Below the pieces are notes generated by a model, which did not search any database, had not been told where the DNA came from, and worked only from the letters and a program-made list of their open reading frames with translations. DNA of 64,000 nt from Anthoceros angustus (lineage: Eukaryota > Plantae > Anthocerotophyta). Below are positions 12,570 through 24,889 of this stretch, piece by piece. Made by a program: the position numbers and the translations under genes. Where the stretch lies: contig MU008164.1 of the NCBI GenBank assembly GCA_010909165.1, forward strand, positions 1,426,001 to 1,490,000, given 5' to 3'. The stretch's first letter is position 1. Each line of letters opens with the position of its first letter.

Positions 12570-13250
12570 AGATAAAAATAGGACCAAGAATAGTTTAGAA
12601 CTTGTTCTCTATCTAACTCACTCTAAATGTAACATAGAGTGCGATGATATTTTATTTCATTTGAGATGTTGGGCCACTCATGAATGTCTATTTGAATTCT
12701 CCACTATCCATTTTCAATGTCAAACTCATAGCCTATGTAGGGACGTTTTCTGGTCAAAACTTCATATAGAATGACTCTTGCGCTCCAAATATCAGTTCAT
12801 AACTTGTGTTTACATCATCTTGAGTCCCCTACCTCTTTAGCCATGTAACATTAGGTTCCAACTCCCTATACAATAATTCATGTTCATTTTGGAAACAGAA
12901 CAAACAAACCAAAGTCTGCTAGTTTAATTTTGAGAGGGCTAAGTAATAATATAACAGCCAGATTCAAATCGCGATGTATAACATTATGCCTATAATTTTG
13001 ATTGCCTCCACTACGTTAAACATAAGTAATTTTGTATCCTCCTCACAATGAGCTCCTCCTTTCTTAGTTCATCCTTAAGTGTTCCATAGGTTATAGCTCC
13101 ATCACTCTATATATATATATATAATTTTACAGGCATATATTTTTTGTATATTTATCATAGTATTCATAGACTTTGGAAAAGCCATCTTCTTACATTTTCC
13201 CCACATGTATTTTCTTAAAACATTAAGCACTTCCATTTCAATTGTGGACT
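12570..13250 (-). pseudogene. Inverted kinase pseudogene (copy 2, right arm)
   Basis: Duplicate of 2960-3640. Confidence 0.8.
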
Positions 13251-14142
13251 CCATAATTGTAAGGATAGATAGATAGATAGGAGGATTTATTTGGGTTGAG
13301 GTCCTGGCCTTTGAGTAATTAACGTGTCCTTCGAGGATACCTGTAAGGAATAAGAATAAAGAATGCATTAACACACACAATATAGATGGATACACCTGTC
13401 CCTTTATGAGTGAGGACATCATCTTCATTTAACAAAATTTAACAACCCTAGATAACATGATTATAAAAGTTATATGAAAGAATCTTGGATAACTTGATTT
13501 TATTTAAAGTTGTGGACTCTAGGAGGCTTTATTTGATTAGGTCTTGCCCTTTGGGTAATTAACGTGCCCTTGAGGGATACATGTTGAACAAGTACAGAAA
13601 ATTTGTTACACACACACCGGAATATAGATGCTTAGACCCATCCTCTATAATGGAGAACATCATTTAATTTAAACAAACCTTAAAACCTTAGCCCTTTAAA
13701 ACTTCCCTTTGCATGAGTTTCAAAAATATTAACCGTAAAAAGAATAGCCCCTGCACCCCTTTTATACACCTTGGTGAGAAATTACCATTTCAAAGATGTG
13801 CTCCCTGTTTTCTCTGGACCCTTTCAAACACTTTGGAATTGCCATGTACTCTAGGTGAGAAACTACCACTTCAAGTGAGAAACTACCATTTTAGCACTCC
13901 CTACTCCGCATGTGAACCCCTTTAACACTCATGATAGAAACTACCATTTCACCGCCACGTCGCACCTTTTAATCATATTAGAAAATACCATTCCATATAT
14001 AGCAAATTTCCATGGAAATATCCCCATGGCCATAATGCTGCAAGTAAGCTTGTAAGGCCATGTCATCACGAGGACAACCTCGGGACATCCATTTTGGATT
14101 TATTTTCTTTTCCATTTTCCCTTCAAGACATTATCATAGATG

Positions 14143-14700
14143 TGAGACTAGTGTATGTCGAGATTCTATGTCGCTTTTGTTTTCCAGTTCTGAAAACCAT
14201 GGATGCAACCACCGGATAGTTGTCAAACACATTTTCCGGTACTTGAAAGGCATAGTTTTTATAGGTCTATGTTACAAACGGACTAGTACCTCACTCACCT
14301 TACATGGTTTCTTGACCGACTAGGCCTCAACATTGCCTCGCAAAGCTTGTTATTTGAACTGAGTTGCAAGAAGCGGACCAGCATTTCCCTCTCGATCGAG
14401 GCCGAGTATCAATCCTTAATCGATGTTTCCAAGAAAGTGGAGTGGAAAAGGTTTTTCCTCAAGGTTATTAAAGAAGAGCAATCCTCAACTACTATATTAT
14501 CGTGACAACGTTCGGTCCGCTTTGGCCTTAGTGGCTCACCTCCGGTTCCATGCTAGGATGAAGCACATTGAAATCTGACATCATTATGTTAGAGATGTAG
14601 TTATCAAGTTGACCTATGTGTACATCGATGCAAACACGCACACATCTTAATTTACAAAATCACGCCCAAGCATATTTACACACATGTTGAAGGTCTTGAC
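14143..14700 (+). mobile_element. Ty1/copia RT/RNase H remnant (copy 2)
   Basis: Duplicate of 4546-5110; VKHIFRYLKG in ORF 14060-14323. Confidence 0.85.
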
Positions 14701-17700
14701 CTGCTAGACTATGCTGCCTACTTCAAAGTAAAGGGCAAATCAATATACCAATAAGCTTCAAGGTGAGAACTAATATATAAGGCCTAGCCTATCTAGGTGT
14801 GGAGCATGGTATGTGCTTGTATGCTAGTACCTAGAGTGCCTAGTGCATATAAGCCATATTGTGTGGGAGTGTTGTGTTCCTCCCATGAATAAAGGCATAA
14901 CGCTTTTTCTAATACATTTTGTGGAATACACATCTGCTCCAAAGGAGGCGACATTAGCTTCAAAGGAGATGGCATCTCCACTAAGAACGTTATCTTGTGA
15001 GGCATTGACAAAAGGTGTGGGATCGGACTCAGTGTTCGTGAACAAATTGTGGCCCGTTTACGCCTACACAATTGTCGCCAATTGGGCAAGGACAACAAGT
15101 GAGCAACGCGTTAACGTTCGTGCAATTTGGGTAGGAGATTTAGCTCATGCCAATTGGGCCTCTAGCGGTGATTGTGGCCGCAAGCTACCGTTGGTGTGCG
15201 TAATCGTAATCTAATGCATCTTGATTATTGTCAATGATAAAATGATTGTCAATGGTAAATGATTTTCAATGGCTATCAATTATATACATATAATAAACTT
15301 GAAACTTGTATGATGTCCGAAACACATGTGGTAGAGGTGTCTTAGACTTTGCGAGATAGGGACAAAATTGTACATTCAATATCGATAATTTTGCTTCTTA
15401 ATTAATCATTGTAAGAACAATGACAATTGGAGAACAATGAGATTGTCGGTACTAATATTTAACTACTATAAGGCCACGTGGTTGCCCATGCCTTCGCAAT
15501 TTCAATCTTCTTTGATAACAATAGATGGCGCTTAGTACCACGACAAAGAACCCAACCACAATTGTCATGAGGAGAAATGACATGCTACATTGTGAGAGCA
15601 TGAATAAGGCAATAAGCCTCCCATGATCACAAAATCTCAGCTAACATTAGCACCACATGCGCAGACTTTGGAAGCGTGTAGCCTTTGAGTTCTTCCTCCA
15701 AACAACAAGATGATCAACGCTAATGCAAGAAGCACTGCGCAAATCTCAGAGCGATGAACACCCACGAAACTTGAATGAATCATCCAAATTTCGCTGTGCA
15801 ATAGGAACAACCAAATGAAGCCAATGGAGAACATTAGAACAAATGGGGACCAATATCCCTTGCTCTTCCAGCTCAATGTCTTCAACACCAATGGCTTGAA
15901 CACTACTCATAGTTTCATGGTCATTCCCACCATCCATGTATTTGATCTACTCCAACATGTGAGTGGTCCATATTCTCATCAATGTGTTCCTCTGGATCCA
16001 CAGAGAGAAGCAAACAATATGCACCGCCAACTTCATATTCATGCGTAGGAAACTCACGGGACCCCTTTGTCCCGGCGAATATTCATTTCCGCCGTCGTGG
16101 ATTTGAAATCTACTATTACTTGTAAATCACTCATGATTAAATTTCCGGAATCCACGATATATCTGATTTGCACGCTTGTTTCATGTTCACCTAGTGCCCC
16201 TTAGGATATGTGCCCACATGCGGTAGGAGCTAAGCGTGTAAACGCATACAAAAGAAATCGGAGGAACAAGGGACTTGACTACATGTACACAATATGTGGT
16301 CTATGCCGTCATATATAGACTTCTAGAGGCCTAATCTCTCGATAACCAAATAAATTCGTTAAAAAATATTAATATAGATTAAATAATTAATTGATATCGA
16401 ACTAGAAATTACCACCAATCTAAATCTATTCATTGTAACATATACATACAGCCCAACTTTGACCCTAACCCTAGCCTTGATCCACATATGTCCACTTTGC
16501 TGATTGCAACCTCCATAAATGAGAAACCTCACTAACATCTCTCTAGTGTGCTCCCTTTTCTTCCTATGCCATAACTGTCATGTATGTTCATACGCTAGTT
16601 GTTAGGGGATGGGATTCCCGTGCTTTGGGAAATGTGTCATATTGTTTTGTTTGGATCTTTAGTCTTGCCCTTTTTGCTATATAAAAAATCGAAGACTAGA
16701 TGAGACCTTACGACGATTTTTGAGGATGATCTATGGGATGATTCTATTCATTAAAAAGGTATTGTGACAAACAAATGCATCATTTCCACAAACGCTTGAA
16801 GCTACAATTACAAGGATGTTTGTGGCTATTTTCAGTGGGTTTAATTTATCCTGATGGGTCCCTAGCCGTAAGGTAGGTCACTACCAAGTCAGACCTCCTC
16901 CACGCATGCATGTCCTCTGGAAAAACTTGTGATCAAACAAGCTTTAATCAAAAGTTTTAGAAGCTGTTTGCTCACACCGTGACTCGTGCATGGGGCCGAG
17001 CATCTTCTTTTAGTTAGTGATTACCTTTGATCAGGTTGTTGAGCAAACATTGTGCCAACATTTATACGTCCCTGTCTGATCACGTACATAAGAAACCAGC
17101 ACAATCAGAAGGGTCTACTAGCCATGTCAAAATGTTTTTGGAATGAGGAAATCGAGCTCAAAATTAACCAGAGGTGGGCCAAATGTCATGCTCACCGTCC
17201 ACGAAAATTGTCACGGGCAACTGCCTTCCTTCCTCTATACTCCTAGTCTACCACCGTTGCCCGGTATCCACCCTGGCCTCTGTCGGTGCCCCCGCCTCCA
17301 GAAACTCTGCAGTAGCCCATCCGCCTCCTCCCATGACCGCTCGCATCTTGATGCTTGCTAGGATATGCTGAGTATATACCATAACATTCGTTGATGGGAG
17401 GCCCGGCTACTGAGACGCCTTGGTGCAAAAGACTGAGGAATTGAATTCAAGCATGCCTTGGAATGTTCTGTAGTCGGGATTGTGAGGGGCTAGGAGGGCA
17501 GCGAACACAAGCTAGACCACAAACCACTGTGGTTTGTCGGCATCTTTGAGAATCTTGGTGCTTGAGGAGGCGTAGATCGTCTTGGTGATGGCCGCTTTTC
17601 TGTTTGTAAAAATTGTAGGGCGCAATAGGCCACCGGCACGGTGCAATCAAATGTGACTTCCCTGAATCGTTTCGAAAAAAATTCAATTCCTGTATAGTCC

Positions 17701-19223
17701 ACCGAATGACTTAGAATGAGTTCGTTCGTCGTCGTAGGGTTAATGAAGTCTCATTTCCTATGTCTGTTTTCTTGTTCCTCAAATGTTGGGAAACTTAATT
17801 TAAGTTGATGCGTTTTATTTTACGAGTTCAGAGAACTTGGCATGTCCAATGGACGGAGAATTTGAACAAATTGAAATTATTTATTCAAGAATTTGAACAA
17901 ATTCTTTACTTATAGGTTGGCTACACATAGAATCCTTGCGATCCGACCTTTTTTTTTTTTTTAAATCTAGTGGCCAGAATGCGAATGACATAATATATCA
18001 AGTTTCACCGGAAGCTAACCGACCTATTATTATTATTGATAGAACTAACCATAGCAAGCCATTGAAGATTCCATTGCTGCCAGGAACTCCAAGACCGTGG
18101 GTCCATTGAGTAAACATTGTGGTATGTGTTTGATAGATGATACCAAGACTTAGCTTGAAGATCGGTTTCCTTTGCAAGTATTTGTCAGTGGGCTGATTGC
18201 TCACATCACACGGTGACTATTGTGCTTGTTTGTGCGTGGTAACATCCCATGGGGCAGATGGTACTCAACAAGAACATACACACATTCTTTAAGAAGAATC
18301 ATGACTCAACAGTTTGTTTTCTCTTGTGCAGTAATTGTGCTAGGCATCTATTAAACACTAGTATAGCATATATGATCTGGGAATTGTTATATTGTTGCAT
18401 CAAATTCCAAGTTAGGGATGCTCATCGCCCTATGTAAAGGTCTCTCCTCTCCCAATAAGTTAGAGCTGATAAGTTATGTAAATGTCTACTTCTTTTAGAG
18501 GACAGTTATATTCGTAATCATGGGTATACTAATACATAGAGACAGTTTCCTCTGTGATCATGGGTGTACTAATGTGATCATGGGTGTACCAATACGTAAC
18601 ATTCTACTGCCAGATGATGTTGGGAGAACCGGATTTCTCTAGTGTATTTAGAGTTAGTTGTAGTGCATGACATAGTGTGCTCACTCCAGATTGTGCTCAC
18701 TACAACTACCTGATTCAATTTGGGTTCTTGGTAGCCACATGAATTGAATTGAAACTTCAAACAGACTGGAGATAGACTTGCCGAAACAGATTAGGAATCA
18801 CCACAACAAATGTCCCGCCTTGACAATGGAAGGAAATACTAGTCTCCTAGCTTATTCCACAACAATATTTTCTAAAGCATGATACAAGTGACACTGCCTC
18901 TGTCACATCTAAGCTCCCTCCCCTCTGAGGCTTGCTCTCATGAACACCTGCAGGTACAACCCCCGGCAAGTACACATCACAAGCACAAGAGCGTGTTGAA
19001 CTAAGTCTGTAGTGCTCCGTCACTCCAATAAATTTATGATTTCTGCTTTATCAAGGTGAAAAGCCCTTGACTGATACACGCAGGACCACCTACCTGGGCC
19101 GATTCATCTTTGTACACCAACAGGCACATTTGTCTGTTGGAGGGCATACTGACATGATTATCCACTCCTGAACTCCAAAGGGCGTCCAATGGAAGAAAAG
19201 CGTGGTCACCATGATACAAGAGT

Positions 19224-21750
19224 CTACTGGAAAAGCCCATTGGAAGGGGCGCTATATTCCTTGAAGCAGAACTCATCTTGCTTGTAGGAGGACGGCACCT
19301 TCCCTTCTGAATAGCAGCGGGAACATAAGTTGAAGTTTGCAGTAACCTCCTTGAATCTGGGGCCAACGATGGTGTATAAGCACACAGCACATGGTGTCCG
19401 ACGATGCCGGTCCTTGTCAGTTGCCTCAAGCCTGAGGAGAGTGGTGAGAATCCCAAATCCCCAGTCCGGGTCATCAAATACTTCTACAAACTCTGGGTAA
19501 GAAATATTAGCCTGTTCATCCTCCGATCGTACCTCCAGCAAGTCGCTTACCCCCTGAGATGGTAGGAAGACAGCACGCAACAGGCTGATGTAGCTCTTCA
19601 AGTCCCTCTTGGGTATTTCCCCGGGCAAAGTCTTTGGAGTTCGCCACAAAAGAGCCTCAAAAACAGCCCGCTTCCTGTTGTCTGCTGAACCTGCACACAT
19701 GGGCGCAAGGATAGCGAAAAAGAAACCCAGGTCGACCCGTTCTAACCGACTTCTATCCAGTATTCCCAATACTCGCTCATTGATGACCTTAACCGCGCCC
19801 TGGAAAGCGTCTGCATTGAGAGTAAAGAGTACCTGCTGCCTGAGGACTCTTTCAAGGTCAGATTTCCGAATCATTTTCTCCTCATAGGAGGTTGCAGGTG
19901 CCAGAGGTAAATTGCCATCGCTGATGACACTCCTCAGGACAGATACATCACAGAGATGCAAACGTGCCTGCTTCTGAATTGAACGAATCTCGAGAGCAGT
20001 TGCGAGGGTGACTCTCTCTGTCGTTTTATCTCTGTTAGCAACAAGGAACTTGGAAGGCTCTACAACCGCAAAGGACTCAGTAAGCTGATTGGGAGATTGA
20101 CTCCCAGGCGTGTCCTGGCTGACATGGCCGAAAATAGACGTGAAGCCCTTGGGTTTCTTCTTGGCATGCTTCTGCCTCTGCAGTTCATCATAAAGTTCCA
20201 ACCTGTTGGTCATCTTGAAAGCCTCTTTCAAAGCTCTCATTGCATCTTCCTCCTCCCCGTTTCCCAGCAGTGCAACAGCCCTATTCAACTGTGCCTGCCA
20301 GTGCCTGGGGTTGATGGCCAGTACCTTGGCATACATGTTTGCTGCAGGGCCGTACTCGCCAGTTTCCCTGAAAAGCCCACCGAGGTTGTAAAGGGCCTCT
20401 ATGTGATCCGGTTGTTGATCGATGGCGATTTTAAACTCCTCCACAGCTTTGTTATCCTCCTTCAGCGCATGCAGCACCGAGCCCAAATCACAGTGAGCAT
20501 CAGCATAGTCATGCTTGATGTACACAGCATTTTCTAGCGCATTCTGGGCAGCTCTATACTCTCCCACCCCCAGCAAGGCACTACCCAAGTGCTTCAAAGC
20601 CCTGCAGTGCTTGGGGTTCAGTATCGCAGCTTCCCTGTACTGCTCACATGCGCTCAACAGCATGCCTTCTGCCTCGAGGGCAATTCCCAGATTCACACGG
20701 ACCTACAAGACAGCACAAGAGTCCCTTTCATGAAACCAGCTCGACAACCAAAACTACACGATTCACTGCCTAACTAAATGATATCAGACTCCAAGAAGTG
20801 CAGGAAGGGCATGAAGATCTCCAAATCACCTGAGGGAGAAGAAGGGACGACTCCTGCCCGTTAGCCTGCCCAGCATCCAGAGCCTTCTGATACTCCACCC
20901 TCGCCTCCGGATATCTGCCCAGCGCATAAAGCGCATTTCCCGCCCGGAAATGCGGCCTCAAGTCGGCAGGCTTCAGATCGATGGCCTTCTGGAAGCTGAT
21001 GAGAGCCTCCAGGAAGATCTTGTGATCGTACAGCACCCTTCCAATGGCCATGTGGGAGTCGAATGCCTCCTCCGGAGGACGACCAGTTTCTGCCCTCCTC
21101 CGCAAATTCCCCAATTCAGTCTTGAAGGGAACGTAGCCAGGGTTCTGCTCCACACTCCTGGGCCCTTGCTCCTGAGCTGCTGCAGCACCACCAGAAGAGC
21201 CCAGATTCCCCGAGTCCCCCACCTTCTTGGACCCCGCCCTCTCCAGCCTCTTGAGCATGATGTCCAAGTCCTGAATCAGCACCCAGGTCTCCTCGAACGC
21301 AATCCCGTTGTTGGGCGACGTGGCCCAGGCCCCCACTTCCGGCCTCTTCCGCATGGACGAGGCCACCTCCGGGCGCTCGTCCATGATGGAGTAGGCGGGC
21401 TGCTCCCGAGCTCCTCCATCGTCCTCCAGCTGCAGCCCCAGAGCCACGAAATCCCTGTCCACGTCCCCGGCCCCATCGTCGTAGGTCCTCACCAGCCCCT
21501 CGTACGACAGCCCCTTCTCCCCCTCGATGAACTCCCCGTACGTCCTGAAAACCTCGTCAAGAATGGCGTTGATCTGCTCCTCGCTGAACTTCACCCGCGG
21601 ATTCACAGCGATCACCAGATCCGCCATCTCCTGCCGGTTGAGCCGGCTGTCCCCGTTCCCGTCGAATTTCTTGAAGATCTTCTCCACCTTCCGGTTCCTG
21701 ATGCCGGCCGAGGCCGAGACGCTCGCCCCGCGCCCCCCATTCTTGCTCAT
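19224..21750 (-). CDS. EF-hand/TPR/ZZ-type zinc finger protein (At1g05150-like); exons 21750-20830 and 20702-19224
   Basis: EF-hand FDGNGDSRLNRQE, multiple TPRs, C-terminal CAVC...LCSRCYSEG; GT-AG intron 20829-20703 joins LLPQ|VRVNLG in frame. Confidence 0.92.
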
Positions 21751-22643
21751 TGTCGTCCTCCAGGCTCGATCGTCCGATCAAACAGGCCAGCCAGCCAGCC
21801 GGCTGGATGTCAGAGCGAGCGGGAAATCGGATGCAGCCCGCAATGGCGGATTATCCTCAAACCCACTTCAGGCAGTGCTCCCCCGGCCGGCATGGTCACG
21901 ACCGCCCACCGCCCACCACCTCAAAATGCAGCCCCGGAATTGGGCAGGGGACGCCAGGACGGAGCAGCTGCGGGGCGTGCAGGACAAGAAGCCGTGACTA
22001 TGGGGCCAGCAAAGCCAGACACTGCCCAGGTCGGGGGATAGAGAGAAGAACAGGACTTGCCGTTCTGTCTGTACGCAAGATTAAACACAACACCCACCAT
22101 TAGCACAACCTGCTCCCACTCTGCTACCACAGTGCGCTACATCCACAAAATCAAGACAGGCAGCAGGCGTGCGCAAGCAAGAGATGATGACGAGATGCTC
22201 TTGCTCTTGCCTTTGCTTTGCAGTCCTGTGCTCTCTAATAAGCAGCACACAAAGAAATCGTGGAGAAATATCGAGGAACGTGGAGGCCGTCATCGGAGAG
22301 GAAGACTTACTATTAAACCAGGCTGGGCAGGCAGCAACCGGGACACACGGCGCACAGGCGAGGGCGAGCAGGAGGAGGAACATGCCGTTTTTCTATTATC
22401 TCACCGAGCCAACGGAATTCCTGAGAGGAGTCAGTTGTCAGCCTGGCACCCGTTTGAATAATGGTGTCTAGCCTGCCAGCTTCACAGCCAGCGCGGCTCC
22501 TGCCCCGCTCGTGGGTCTTGAATGCGTCCCATCTTTGTACTGTACAGGCACCAAAGCAACTCTTCCTTGTCCAGCTAGGACAGGATTTTCACCGTGTCGG
22601 GCTCTTTTGGAGCTGCACTGTATGTGTACAAAAGACACGACCA

Positions 22644-24659
22644 TCACAATGACCTGTCCCGCCGGAAATTTGAACCTAGAAAGGGCAGACCTTTTTCCCT
22701 TTCCCGCCAGCCTCTGCTGACACAAGCAGGGCAGGATGCAGGCAGGGCAGCTTTACAGATGACAGGATGCCTTTTCCCTAACTTTCCACAGAGATGCCAA
22801 CGTACATGCATGGTTGTGGCAGTGGCTGTTTTGCGATGGGGTTGTCTGTGTGTGCCAATCAAAGTCTGATCAGCTGATGGGGACTCGGGAGCTACCTTCG
22901 AGACTTGTCTCAGTATTCGTGTCCAGAAAAGGTTTATCCTGGAGACACACAAGGGGAAATCATCTGTTAGGTTGTCACAGCGAGGATCACTGTCATGAGA
23001 GCTGTTTTCAGAACAGGACAGATCGCCAGCTGTGGTTTACTAGGTAGTATGGTACGTACCTGTAGCAGCAGCACCAGTTCGGATTAGATCGTCAGCGGTA
23101 CGTGGTCCATCTTCGATGACTGCCACCCTCAAAGCCCTCTTCTGCAAAGGTCCATGTGTTGCATGTGAGCCAGAAGGAATAGCAACTGGAGGTGCTGGCA
23201 AGAATAACGAGAACTGAGGATTGCTAGGGTTTCGCTGATCACGCACCCTTTCCCTTGGTGGTGGTGCCTCTGTGGCGGTGAAGTGGGCTGGAGAGTCAGG
23301 AGGATTCTCAGCTGAACATGTGGTTAGGACGGGGGGAGCATAACCACGGGGGAGAGGAGGAGGCCGTGGCACGTGTCCTCCCTCGAAGAAATTTCTCACC
23401 AACCAAACCTCCTGACTCGTCAACTTCATTCCATCCAGAACTACCTGCAACGGTGCCTTACATAGTCAGAAGACGTGATTTGCAAGGGAGGGAGAGGGGC
23501 AAGCCGTTGTTCGGCTAGTATTCATACCAATGCAGAGTCTGCCAGCAGACAGAGCATGTCGATGCGGTAGTTGGGCCGTAATGTTAACGGGTTGCCTTGT
23601 AGACAAAGGGTCGACAGCCGTGGTAGGCTTGTGAGTGCCTCTACATCACACACAGATGCCATGAGGTTGTTGGAAATATCAAGAACTTCCAGAGACACAA
23701 GTTGCTCTATGCCCTTGATACTCACAAGGGCATTGTTTCTCAGGATCAGCTCTCTGAGATTACAGGCCATCTGCCACAACAAGAAGGCGTCAGGGAGGAC
23801 ATCACGGTTATGACGTGAAAAACACAAGATAGCACAGCATCAGGCATATGGCTCATATTCCTACCATGTTGAGTGAGCTGACGTTAGTAATCTGATTAAA
23901 ACCCAGATCCAGATGCCGAAGGTTGGAACACTTTTGTAAATTCGCAACCTCAGCAATACAGTTCCTGCTCAGATCCATGACCTCCACAACAGGGAGCAGC
24001 TGCAACGACTCGTCCATAAGCAGCATTCCGTTACACGGGCAGCTCACAACCGTAAGCTTAGTCCAGGCTTTAGCATCCTGAATCTCAGCAGTCCGCTCGG
24101 CAAAGATATGTCGCAGTGCCTCCTACAGCCGTTGCCAAACCACCACAGATCTTAAGCCTTAAGCCACCCTGCTCCTCACGCCCTACCTAACCAAGCCAGA
24201 AACGGGGAAACAGGGCTTCACCGCAGAGTTGTAGCAGACGAGCTTCTCCAGCGTAGGTCTCAGTTCCAGCAGCCCACGGGCCCCGCATGTGGACAGGTCG
24301 CATCCTCGGAGCTCCAGGCACCGCAGCCGGGCGAAGGGAAGCAGAGTGATGGGCGTGGTGTCCCTGGTCGGCCTCGGCAGCAGGGACACCAGCTTCACTG
24401 CCGTCAGCAGCTGCAGCATCCGCCGGAGCTGCTCCAGAGCCCTGTGGTCTCCCAGATCCGCAACATAGGCTCGCAGATAGTCCACAGGAGCCCCGGCCCG
24501 CAACTGCTCCAGTTCCTCCAGAGATTCCAGCCTCGTCTGCAGATACAGCAGCCCCACCGGATTCAGCTTCAGCACCACCCCGTCCAGCAGCGATCCCGAA
24601 TTCCTCTGCACGAATCGAGCCAGCAGCTCCAGATACCGATCTCCCGTCACAATCGCCAT
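22644..24659 (-). CDS. LRR protein (outer-arm dynein light chain 1-like / STK11IP-like plant family), multi-exon; 3' end uncertain
   Basis: MAIVTGDRYL...LKLNPVGL..APVDYLRAY N-terminus; SDS22-type LRRs (LRHLDLGFNQI, LEVLDISNNL, LQGNPL); GT-AG introns. Confidence 0.8.
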
Positions 24660-24889
24660 CCCTTGCTTTCGCTCTCGCTGGGCGCCCAGGAAAAGTGTTT
24701 CTCCAGAAACATGACACATGACGATTACATTTTCAAGTTGTAATTTTTAAATCAATTAGGTACAAATTAGAAATCACTTCTCGCTATATCGTAGCTCGCA
24801 CAAACTCGTGAAAGACTGCCCTATTGCCGCTGTAGCATCAAGGCAAGGCAACCCACCGTGGTCCCAATTCTGTGTGCGGTGCAGGGAAA

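Larger units (their letters stand above)
1..16391. repeat. Head-to-tail tandem array of a ~6.75 kb composite unit: full 1-6781, deleted 6782-7566, 7567-8354, 8355-9639, full 9640-16381 (probably continues left of the window)
   Basis: The junction AATAATTAATAATCCAAGAGGAGG recurs at 1, 6782, 7567, 8355 and 9640. The ORF track repeats between 1-6.8 kb and 9.6-16.4 kb. Homology stops at ~16391. Confidence 0.95.

Noticed and set aside
16462-16475. Telomere-like ACCCTAACCCTAG beside the array end
   Set aside because: Only two imperfect units; could be chance.
16400-18900. Short ORFs and small direct repeats (e.g. TCATGGGTGTAC x3 near 18520-18595)
   Set aside because: No recognisable domain, consistent exon chain or RNA gene.
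20950-22041. 363 aa plus-strand ORF
   Set aside because: Antisense shadow of the GC-rich first exon of the TPR gene; no recognisable motifs.
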